Source of the DNA: Candidatus Jorgensenbacteria bacterium GW2011_GWA1_48_11
Lineage (GTDB): Bacteria; Patescibacteriota; Minisyncoccia; UBA6257; GWB1-50-10
DNA: 64,000 nucleotides
Reading direction: 5' to 3'
Assembly: GCA_001003475.1 (NCBI GenBank)
Contig: LCPF01000001.1
Location: forward strand, 101,910 to 165,909
Both the position numbers and the translations under genes were made by a program. Below are positions 27,188 through 35,048 of the stretch, in pieces (the stretch's first letter is position 1; every line of letters starts with the position of its first letter). A model generated the notes under the pieces. That model saw only the letters and a program-made list of their open reading frames with translations, ran no database searches and was not told where the DNA came from.

Positions 27188-28951
27188 ATGCACAATTCTA
27201 GACACTCGAGCGGACGAAGCAATCTTGTCCGAACAAGAAGAGTTATCACGCCGAAACCAAGAAGCGCCTCGGAAGCCGGCAGCAAGGAAGAAACCTTGCG
27301 TTGGGTCGCCTTGGGAGGACTCGAAGAGATCGGCCGCAATATGATGTTCTTCGAATATAAAGACGAAATCGTCATCATCGACGCCGGCTTGCAGTTCCCC
27401 GAAGAAGAAACGCCGGGCATCGACTACATCATTCCGAACACGACCTACCTCGAAAGCCGCAAACAAAACATCAAAGCACTCATCATCACCCACGGGCACT
27501 ACGACCACATCGGCGCCATTCCTTACATTTTGGGCAAGCTCGGCAACCCGCCGATTTATACGACGCGCCTGAGCAAGGAAATTATCCTGAAACGGCAGGA
27601 CGATTTTCCGAATTCGCCGAAACCGATTTTCCAAATCGTCAAAGGCGAAGAAACGATCCAATTGGGAAAATATTTCTCGATTACTTTTTTCGATGTTTTC
27701 CACAATATTCCCGAGGGCTTCGGCATGATCATCAGGACGCCGATCGGCAAAATCGTCCACCCCGGCGAATTCAAATTTGACTACGACCACGAGGGCAACC
27801 CCAAGGGCCTGGACGTTTGGAAAAAAGTGGGTGAAGAAAAAATCCATACCCTAATGATCGATTCCACCGGCGCCGAGACGCCTGGTTTCGCTCTTTCCGA
27901 AAGAATCGTTGAAAAGGAGCTTGAAAAGCTCTTTAAGAGCGCTTCTGGCCGGATCATTGTCGGTACTTTCGCTTCGCTCCTGGACCGCTTGGCCGAGATC
28001 ATCAAGATCGCCGACCGGCTGGGCCGCAAAATAGCGATCAGCGGCTTTTCCATGAAAAGCAACATCCAGATCGCTCAAAACCTGGGTTACATGAAAATTC
28101 CCAAAGGCACGATCATTCCCCTCGAAGAAATCAACAAACACAAAGATGAAAAGATTCTCATTCTTTGTACCGGCGCCCAAGGCGAACCCAATGCCGCTCT
28201 GATGCGGGTCGCGAACGGCGAACACCGCCACATCCACCTCAAAACGACCGACACGATCATCCTTTCTTCGTCGATCGTGCCCGGCAATGAACGCAGCGTC
28301 CAAAACCTCAAGGACAATCTGGCACGGCAGGGCGCCACGATCTATCACTACAAAATGCTCGATATCCATTCTTCAGGCCACGCACCGCAGGAAGAATTGA
28401 AAACCGTGATGAAACTAGTGAAACCGAGATTTTTCCTGCCGATCCACGGCTATTATTTCATGCGCTGGCGGAACGCTAAAACGGCCCAGGAAGCCCTGGG
28501 CTTGAAATCCGAGGAAACGCTTTTGGCCGACAACGGCCTAGTAGTAGAACTCAGGAAGGATTCGGCTAAAGTCACGGACGAACAACTGCCGGCTTATTAC
28601 GTCATGGTCGACGGTTTGGGCGTCGGCGACGTGGGCGAGGTCGTCCTGCGCGACCGCCGGACGCTCGCCCAAGAAGGCATGATCGTCATTATCGTTTCGA
28701 TCAGCCGCCAGAACGGCCGCATCCTGAAAAACCCGGACATTATTTCCCGCGGTTTCATTTACCTCAAAGAAAACCAGGAGATGCTCGAGGAAATCCGCAA
28801 AAAGATCCGGGGCATCATCGGCCGCATCCCTGCCCATCAGCCGCTTGACGCCGACTACTTAAAAACCCTGGTTCGTGACCAGATCGGTCAATTCTTATAC
28901 AACAAAACCGAGCGTAGACCAATGATTCTGCCGGTGATAATAGAAATTTAA
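27188..28951 (+). CDS. rnj: Ribonuclease J (metallo-beta-lactamase, beta-CASP and C-terminal domain).
   Basis: Contains ITHGHYDHIGAIPYI (HxHxDH), EIGRNMMFFEY and the beta-CASP region. The track ORF starts at 27131 inside tRNA-Leu, so the start is moved to Met at 27188. Confidence 0.85.
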   Translation: MHNSRHSSGRSNLVRTRRVITPKPRSASEAGSKEETLRWVALGGLEEIGRNMMFFEYKDEIVIIDAGLQFPEEETPGIDYIIPNTTYLESRKQNIKALIITHGHYDHIGAIPYILGKLGNPPIYTTRLSKEIILKRQDDFPNSPKPIFQIVKGEETIQLGKYFSITFFDVFHNIPEGFGMIIRTPIGKIVHPGEFKFDYDHEGNPKGLDVWKKVGEEKIHTLMIDSTGAETPGFALSERIVEKELEKLFKSASGRIIVGTFASLLDRLAEIIKIADRLGRKIAISGFSMKSNIQIAQNLGYMKIPKGTIIPLEEINKHKDEKILILCTGAQGEPNAALMRVANGEHRHIHLKTTDTIILSSSIVPGNERSVQNLKDNLARQGATIYHYKMLDIHSSGHAPQEELKTVMKLVKPRFFLPIHGYYFMRWRNAKTAQEALGLKSEETLLADNGLVVELRKDSAKVTDEQLPAYYVMVDGLGVGDVGEVVLRDRRTLAQEGMIVIIVSISRQNGRILKNPDIISRGFIYLKENQEMLEEIRKKIRGIIGRIPAHQPLDADYLKTLVRDQIGQFLYNKTERRPMILPVIIEI

Positions 28952-28960
28952 GGCCGATTT

Positions 28961-28992
28961 GCCCCGCACCAACGCGAAGCTTTGGTGCGGGG
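28961..28992 (+). terminator. Strong G/C hairpin (10-bp stem ccccgcacca/tggtgcgggg) after rnj, flanked by 25-nt direct repeats.
   Basis: gccccgcaccaacgcgaagctttggtgcgggg. There is no clean U-tract, so terminator function is uncertain. Confidence 0.4.
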
Positions 28993-29074
28993 TGATTCTG
29001 CCGGTCATAATCGAAATATGAGCAAACAATCCCGCACTAACGGGTTTTTGTTTCTAAGAAGTCGTATTATACTG

Positions 29075-30148
29075 GAAGATATGAAACCAATTCTCGTTTC
29101 CGGCATCCAACCGACAGGCAAGCTCCATCTGGGCAATTATTTGGGCGCCTTGAAGAATTTTGTCGCTCTCCAAGATTCCGGAAAATACAGCTGCTTTTTT
29201 TTCATCGCCGACCTTCACGCTTTGACTGAGAATCCCGATCCAAAAAAATTAAATGAGGGTGTTTTGAATTTAACAATTGATTTTTTGACGGCTGGCATCA
29301 ATCCCAAAAAATCCATTATTTTTCTACAATCGGAAATACCAGCCCATTCAGAATTAACCTGGATTTTAAATACAATAACACCCCTCGGAGAACTAAAAAG
29401 AATGATTCAATTTAAATTTAAGGCGAGGGCTATTTGGGAATATCTAGACAAAAAACATCAAGACGAAAAAAACTACACCGGTCAAGTAAGCGATGAATTT
29501 GCTAATAAATTAGTTGAGGAAAATATAGAAGCCAACGCTAACGCTGGTCTCGTCGATTATCCCATTCTTATGGCTTCTGATATTTTGCTTTACAGCACCA
29601 AATTCGTACCCGTGGGCGAAGACCAGGACCAACATCTAGAACTGACCAGAACCCTGGCCCGCAAATTCAACAATAAATTCGGTAGAACTTTCATTGAACC
29701 ACAGGGGCTGCACACCAAAGTGCCTCGCTTGATGAGTTTGGATGATGCCACGAAAAAAATGTCCAAATCCCGGCCAGCCGGCTGTCTTTTTTTGGATGAT
29801 TCGCCTGAAATAGTCCGTAAAAAAATAAAGCGCGCCCAAACAGACTCGGGCCGGGAAATTAAATACGACCCAAAAAACAAAGCTGCCGTGAGCAACCTTA
29901 TCTCAATTTACGCCGGCTTGACCGAAAAACCAATTGGCGAAATTGAGCGTAAATTCAAAAACTCCAATTATGCCGGCTTCAAGAAAGATTTGGCCGAAGT
30001 CATTGTCAAAGCCCTAAAACCTTTCCGGGAAAACAAATTAAGCAAAAACGCGGCTGAAAAAATCCTACGCGCCGGCACCAAAAAGGCGAATGTTGTTGCC
30101 GCAGAAAAACTTCTGGAAATCAAAAAGAAAATCGGCTTAATTTTTTAG
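29075..30148 (+). CDS. trpS: Tryptophan--tRNA ligase.
   Basis: Class I aaRS with QPTGKLHLGNYLGAL (HIGH-type) and KMSKS. The track ORF begins at 28982 inside the upstream hairpin/repeat, so the start is placed at MKPILVSG (29075), preceded by a TATACT -10 and a GGAAG RBS. Confidence 0.85.
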   Translation, partial: EDMKPILVSGIQPTGKLHLGNYLGALKNFVALQDSGKYSCFFFIADLHALTENPDPKKLNEGVLNLTIDFLTAGINPKKSIIFLQSEIPAHSELTWILNTITPLGELKRMIQFKFKARAIWEYLDKKHQDEKNYTGQVSDEFANKLVEENIEANANAGLVDYPILMASDILLYSTKFVPVGEDQDQHLELTRTLARKFNNKFGRTFIEPQGLHTKVPRLMSLDDATKKMSKSRPAGCLFLDDSPEIVRKKIKRAQTDSGREIKYDPKNKAAVSNLISIYAGLTEKPIGEIERKFKNSNYAGFKKDLAEVIVKALKPFRENKLSKNAAEKILRAGTKKANVVAAEKLLEIKKKIGLIF

Positions 30149-30336
30149 AATCTGCAAAAATAAGCGCTCTGCGGCCGCATAGTGCTATGCTATAACATAG
30201 CATCTATTTTTTACTGTTTTCTTTATTGTCTTGTTATTCTGTGATGGGATTCCGCTATGACATGTTATAGCGCCCCAATTTATTCTTATAAGAAGAAAGG
30301 GCGCCATGAATTTCCATGACGCCGCGACCTAATGCA

Positions 30337-30360
30337 AAAGGCCCGCGCATGGCGCGGGCC
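30337..30360 (-). terminator. Intrinsic terminator of the GC-rich island operon (9-bp G/C stem followed by UUUUG on the minus strand).
   Basis: Minus strand reads GGGCCCGCGCCAUGCGCGGGCCUUUUGCAUU. Confidence 0.6.
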
Positions 30361-30384
30361 CGAACCAAAAACGGTTCCATACTG

Positions 30385-30522
30385 CTACTTCTGCCGGCGG
30401 CGGCCGTGACCGCGACTGTCGTCGGAGAGCTTCTCGCCCCTCATCCGCGCCCGAATCTCCTGGTCACGCAGGCGCTTGTCGCGCTTGCGGTCGGGCGCCG
30501 GCTTCGACGGCATCGGATTCAT
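30385..30522 (-). CDS. Small basic protein (45 aa) in the GC-rich island, in the same frame as the upstream ORF across a TGA.
   Basis: MNPMPSKPAPDRKRDKRLRDQEIRARMRGEKLSDDSRGHGRRRQK; GC3 about 88%. Not in the track (<60 aa). Confidence 0.35.
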   Translation of the reverse strand: MNPMPSKPAPDRKRDKRLRDQEIRARMRGEKLSDDSRGHGRRRQK

Positions 30523-30555
30523 GGCGCGGCTGATGCGACGCTCCACGCTTGCCAG

Positions 30556-30735
30556 TCAGTCCAACCGGGCCTGGAAGCAACCGACCTCACGCCGAGCGCA
30601 ACGGATATCGTTCACCGCGATGAGCTTCTGCTCGTCCGTCTTGGCCGTAGCCAGACGCTCACGGCCGATCTTCACCCGCGACTGCCAGAGCTTGAGGCTC
30701 GCCTCGAGCTCCGCCCGATTCAGCTGCTCGGCCAT
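30556..30735 (-). CDS. Small protein (59 aa) in the GC-rich island, hypothetical.
   Basis: MAEQLNRAELEASLKLWQSRVKIGRERLATAKTDEQKLIAVNDIRCARREVGCFQARLD. AGGAGG lies 5 nt upstream of the ATG and GC3 is about 90%. Not in the track (<60 aa). Confidence 0.45.
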   Translation of the reverse strand: MAEQLNRAELEASLKLWQSRVKIGRERLATAKTDEQKLIAVNDIRCARREVGCFQARLD

Positions 30736-30867
30736 ACCGCCTCCTGTCAGAAGTTATCCTGTTTGACGTTAAAGAACCATTGGGTTTCCCCGCCTAAATT
30801 TTCAAAATATTTCAAAAACTTAGGTGGGTGGGCGACCGAAGTCGCCCATGTGCTGCAAAGACAATGC

Positions 30868-31245
30868 CTAGCGATGAAACAACTCCTTGATGAGATCCGG
30901 CCACCGCGGATCACTCATGCGGTAGATCACGATCACGGGTGGGTTGTATGCCGGACACAGTTCACCGTGAGTATCAACCGTCAAGGGCCGAAACATGCCG
31001 AAAACGCAGACGTCTCCCTCTCCCGGGCGAGGGTTAAAGGTGACGACGAACAGTTTGCCGTCACTGTACCGCACCAGATCTCCTGGCGCGAGCGTGGACA
31101 GCGACTCGGCCATCGCCTGACGTTGCGCCATCTGTTCGGGCGTGAACTTCGCCTTCCCAAGAAGCATCACCGTCAGACCAATGATGGCAGCTAGCAACGA
31201 CAGGGGGACAGCGCCGTGAAAAAACACCCTCGGTCCGCTCATCAT
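30868..31245 (-). CDS. Membrane-anchored protein (N-terminal TM plus about 90-aa soluble domain) in the GC-rich island, hypothetical.
   Basis: 125 aa with GGAGGA directly upstream and GC3 about 70%. The opposite-strand 292-aa ORF (30316..31194) is judged an antisense shadow. Confidence 0.5.
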   Translation of the reverse strand: MMSGPRVFFHGAVPLSLLAAIIGLTVMLLGKAKFTPEQMAQRQAMAESLSTLAPGDLVRYSDGKLFVVTFNPRPGEGDVCVFGMFRPLTVDTHGELCPAYNPPVIVIYRMSDPRWPDLIKELFHR

Positions 31246-31406
31246 TCCTCCGCATCTTACCTAATTAAGGGGTTGATTATCTTTGCGAATTGGGCGTTTC
31301 CCAATTCATCGTGCTAATCATATTATAGCATAGAATATACCATCCTGTCAATAGGAAAAAGCCCTATTTTATAAGACTTTCTAAGCCTTCCTTTATTTTC
31401 ATCTCT

Positions 31407-34400
31407 CTACTGCGGTTTTCTAAGGCCCAGCCAAAGCGGCCAATTATCCAACTTTGTTTCCAGTTCAATGTGGAATTTCGGCGACTTCCTATACTCCACG
31501 GCTTTGGCGCCGACTTCTTTCTTGATTAAAGTTTCGTTTTTCTCCATTAAATAAACCAATTCTTTGGCCGGACTCTCAAAAATCAGAATTAGTTTATCCT
31601 TCGGTTCGAATTTCCCGTCCTGCCGCATCTGCTGGATTATTCTCACCAGGTCCCTTAGCCAGCCTTCTTCCCTAAGCTCGTGGGTAATCTCCGTATTCAG
31701 CCAAACTTCTTCTTTCAATTTCGGCTCGTGCAAAACTCGCTTCACGTTTATCTCTTCTTTCAAAACTTCCAAAAGATCGCCGCTTCCTTTCAGGACGTTT
31801 CCTTTGATCTTTATTTCCGAAAGCGGCTGACGGACTTTAATGCCGGCCTCCGCCCGCTTGGCCAAGGCGGCCGTGGCGATTTTTCGCACCTCGGCCATAT
31901 CCGCCAGTAATTTTGAATTTTGAATTTTTCCGCCCGAGGCGAATCCGCCTTTAGCGGAGAATTTTGAATTACCCTTGGACCAGTTCTCTAAATGGACCGA
32001 AAGCTTATTGTCGGTATGGAATGATTTATACAGGGCTTCGGCGAAAAACGGCGTGAAAGGCGCAATAAGCTTGCTCGTCTCCAAAAGGACGTATCCCAAG
32101 ACAGCCGAAGCGACTGCGTAATCCCTCTGGCTTTCCGGCTTCCCGCCTGCGCGGGCGGGCTGGAATCGGCGGCGCGAACGCCGGATATACCAGCGCGACA
32201 GGTCGCCCACGAATTCTTCTATTTCCCTGGCCGCCACATTCGCTTCGTATTTATCCAGTTTTTTAGTGACGCTTAGAATAATTTCATTCAGCCGAGCCAA
32301 GATCCATTTGTCCAGAACATTCATTGATTTTGGGTTCGGCAACTTGAGTTTCGAGCTCTTATCAGCGTAAGTTTTCCAAAAAACGAAGGAGTTGTACAAA
32401 AGTGCGATGAACTGGCTGCTCGCCTTCCCCAGATCGGCCTCATTGAAACGCTTGGGCTCGCCTGGCGGATTGACCGTGTAAAAATACCAGCGCACGGCAT
32501 CAGCGCCGTATTTATTGATCATCACCCACGGATCGACGACGTTGCCCTTCGACTTGGACATTTTCTGACCGTTCTTATCGAGGATGTGCCCCAAACAAAT
32601 GACGTTTTCGTACGGCGCGCCTTTGCCGAGCAATGTCGCCACGGCCAAAAGCGTGTAAAACCAACCCCGGGTCTGATCAACGGCCTCGGAAATGTAATTG
32701 GCCGGAAATTCCAGCTTGCTCTTGCCGTCAAAAGGATAATGGACCTGGGCAAAGGGCATGGCGCCGGAATCGAACCAAACATCAACCACTTCCTTTACCC
32801 GCTGCATTTCGCCGCCGCATTTATCGCAATCAAATACAAATCCGTCGATATAAGGCCGGTGCAGGTCCATCGAGCCGTTCTCGTCGCGAGGCAAGCTTCG
32901 AAAAACTACCGCTTCGCTACCGCCGGTTTCCACAAAATCGTCGCCTCTCTTTTCTTTCTCGCTGATTGCCTCACCGTCACTCCAGCCGTTCATCACCGTC
33001 GCCATCATCCAAATCGGATACTCGTGGCTAACGACGACGATCGTTTTCCCATCGTGCTTCTTTTCCATCGTTTCCAAAAATTCGTAAACCCGGCGTTTCA
33101 AATCGGTCAAATTCTCCCCTCCGGCCGGCCGCTTCATGAAAGCTTCCCAATAAGACGGATAAAATTTGTCGTATTCGCTCATCGGACGACCGTTCAACTC
33201 CCCCACGTTTATCTCGCGCAAACGCTCGTCAAAAAACAGCTTGGCGCCCGGGATTTTCGCCTTAATCGCTTCCGCTGTTTCTTTTGTACGGGTAATATCC
33301 GAAGCGTAGATAAAACCAACTCTTTTACCGGCCAATTTTTTGGCGAGTTTTTCCGCCTCAACCTTTCCCGCGAAAGTAAGATGGTTTGGAAACGGTTCTG
33401 GATAAGAACTGTCAATTTCCCTTATGTTGCTTTCGGCCTGGCCGTGACGGACTAAAATGTAATGATTTCTGCTTTTCTCCGCGGCTTTTTCCAAATCTTG
33501 GACGCCCCCGATCGCGCGACGGACGCCGCACTTATCGCAGGCCCAGATTGGCAGCGGCGTGCCCCAATACCGCTCGCGGGAAAAATTCCAGTCGTTGACA
33601 TCGCGAAGCCATTCGCCGAACCGGCCGTTCTTCACGTTCGCCGGCACCCAATTGATCTTGCTGTTATTAGTTAAAAGCTTTTTTTTCAATTTGCTCATTG
33701 CCACAAACCAGGAATCGCGGGCATAGTACAAGAGCGGCGTATCGCAGCGCCAGCAAAAAGGATAGTCGTGCTTATATAACTCGGTTTTTAATAAAAGGTT
33801 TTTGCTTCGCAGATATTTGATTGTTTTTTCTTCAGTCGCCTTGTCTTTTACGTACAGTCCGCCCAAACCGCCCGGCACCTCGGATTTAAACAAGCCCCGC
33901 TCATCCACCAGGTGATGCTCCGGCAGGCCGATCTTTTTGCCCAAATTGTAATCGTCCACGCCATACATCACGGCCGTATGGACCACCCCCGTTCCATCTT
34001 CGGTCGTCACGAAATCGGCCGAGTAAACCTTATAGGCTTTTTTGTCCTTCAAGGCTGGTATATTGAAAAGCGGTTCGTATTCGAGGCCGATCAAATCTCG
34101 AGCCTTAACAAACGATGCTCTTGCTTCAATTCCTTCGTTAGGGAAATTCGCATTTTCAAAAATACCAACATTTGCACCGTTTGCCCAAATTAACTTGTCG
34201 TTATTTTTTATGCGTCCTTCGGGGTCCGGTTTTTTAACGCTATATTCCTCAATAACATATGAAATGTTATCCCCCACCGCAAGCGCTACATTTCCTGGTA
34301 GAGTCCATGGCGTTGTAGTCCAAGCAACAATGAATGTTTGATTATCAGTCGTAAACTTTCCGATCTTCTGACTCGGCTTTAATCTAAATTTTACATAAAC

Positions 34401-35012
34401 CGAGTTTTCTTCGACTTCCTTGTAGCCCTGAGCCAGCTCATGCGAAGAAAGGGACGTGCCGCAACGCGGGCACCAAGGCACGACTTTATGCCCCTTATAA
34501 AGCAATTTCTTGTTCCAAACCCGCTTCACGATCCACCAAAGGGTTTCAATGTAGGAATTTTCGTAGGTGATGTAGGGGTTCTCGAGATCAAGCCAAAAAC
34601 CGATGCGCTCGGTTAATTTCTCCCACTCGTCCTTGTAAAGCCAGACGAGTTCTCGGCACTTTTTATTGAATGCGGCGACGCCGTACCGCTCGATGTCCTG
34701 TTTGGATTTAAACCCTAATTCCTTTTCCACCTGCACCTCGATCGGCAAACCGTGGGTATCCCAGCCAGCTTTCCGCTCGACAAAAAAACCGGTCATTGTC
34801 TTGTAGCGGGGAATAAGATCTTTGAAGGCCCGCGCCAGAACGTGATGAATCCCCGGCTTGGCATTGGCGCTGGGCGGCCCTTCATAAAAAATGAATTTTT
34901 TCTTCTTTTTGCCGACGACCAGGGACTTTTCGAAAATCTTATTTTTTTTCCAAAAATCCAGGACTTTTTCTTCGATTTCCGGCAATTTGAATTCTTTTAA
35001 TCCGTGAAGCAT
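31407..35012 (-). CDS. ileS: Isoleucine--tRNA ligase with an inserted histidine-phosphatase (PGAM-like) domain.
   Basis: HIGH region PPSANAKPGIHHVLA, KMSKSKGNVVDP, editing/CP1 region, Zn-binding Cys181/184 and Cys420/423. The 1201-aa length is explained by a roughly 230-aa insert (aa 497-728) carrying LVRHGQAESN and VVSHEYPI. Confidence 0.9.
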   Translation of the reverse strand: MLHGLKEFKLPEIEEKVLDFWKKNKIFEKSLVVGKKKKKFIFYEGPPSANAKPGIHHVLARAFKDLIPRYKTMTGFFVERKAGWDTHGLPIEVQVEKELGFKSKQDIERYGVAAFNKKCRELVWLYKDEWEKLTERIGFWLDLENPYITYENSYIETLWWIVKRVWNKKLLYKGHKVVPWCPRCGTSLSSHELAQGYKEVEENSVYVKFRLKPSQKIGKFTTDNQTFIVAWTTTPWTLPGNVALAVGDNISYVIEEYSVKKPDPEGRIKNNDKLIWANGANVGIFENANFPNEGIEARASFVKARDLIGLEYEPLFNIPALKDKKAYKVYSADFVTTEDGTGVVHTAVMYGVDDYNLGKKIGLPEHHLVDERGLFKSEVPGGLGGLYVKDKATEEKTIKYLRSKNLLLKTELYKHDYPFCWRCDTPLLYYARDSWFVAMSKLKKKLLTNNSKINWVPANVKNGRFGEWLRDVNDWNFSRERYWGTPLPIWACDKCGVRRAIGGVQDLEKAAEKSRNHYILVRHGQAESNIREIDSSYPEPFPNHLTFAGKVEAEKLAKKLAGKRVGFIYASDITRTKETAEAIKAKIPGAKLFFDERLREINVGELNGRPMSEYDKFYPSYWEAFMKRPAGGENLTDLKRRVYEFLETMEKKHDGKTIVVVSHEYPIWMMATVMNGWSDGEAISEKEKRGDDFVETGGSEAVVFRSLPRDENGSMDLHRPYIDGFVFDCDKCGGEMQRVKEVVDVWFDSGAMPFAQVHYPFDGKSKLEFPANYISEAVDQTRGWFYTLLAVATLLGKGAPYENVICLGHILDKNGQKMSKSKGNVVDPWVMINKYGADAVRWYFYTVNPPGEPKRFNEADLGKASSQFIALLYNSFVFWKTYADKSSKLKLPNPKSMNVLDKWILARLNEIILSVTKKLDKYEANVAAREIEEFVGDLSRWYIRRSRRRFQPARAGGKPESQRDYAVASAVLGYVLLETSKLIAPFTPFFAEALYKSFHTDNKLSVHLENWSKGNSKFSAKGGFASGGKIQNSKLLADMAEVRKIATAALAKRAEAGIKVRQPLSEIKIKGNVLKGSGDLLEVLKEEINVKRVLHEPKLKEEVWLNTEITHELREEGWLRDLVRIIQQMRQDGKFEPKDKLILIFESPAKELVYLMEKNETLIKKEVGAKAVEYRKSPKFHIELETKLDNWPLWLGLRKPQ

Positions 35013-35048
35013 GGGTGAAATACGGTAATCAAATCTTAATCAAAAAAC

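Noticed and set aside
28982-29074. Upstream extension of trpS.
   Set aside because: It begins inside the hairpin and duplicated rnj-end repeat. A conserved TrpRS N-terminus, RBS and -10 box support the start at 29075.
30316-31194. 292-aa plus-strand ORF spanning the GC-rich island.
   Set aside because: Third-codon positions are mixed, and the product is Arg/Pro/Leu-rich low-complexity. The opposite strand carries three ORFs with 70-90% GC3 and strong Shine-Dalgarno sites. It is judged the antisense shadow typical of high-GC DNA.
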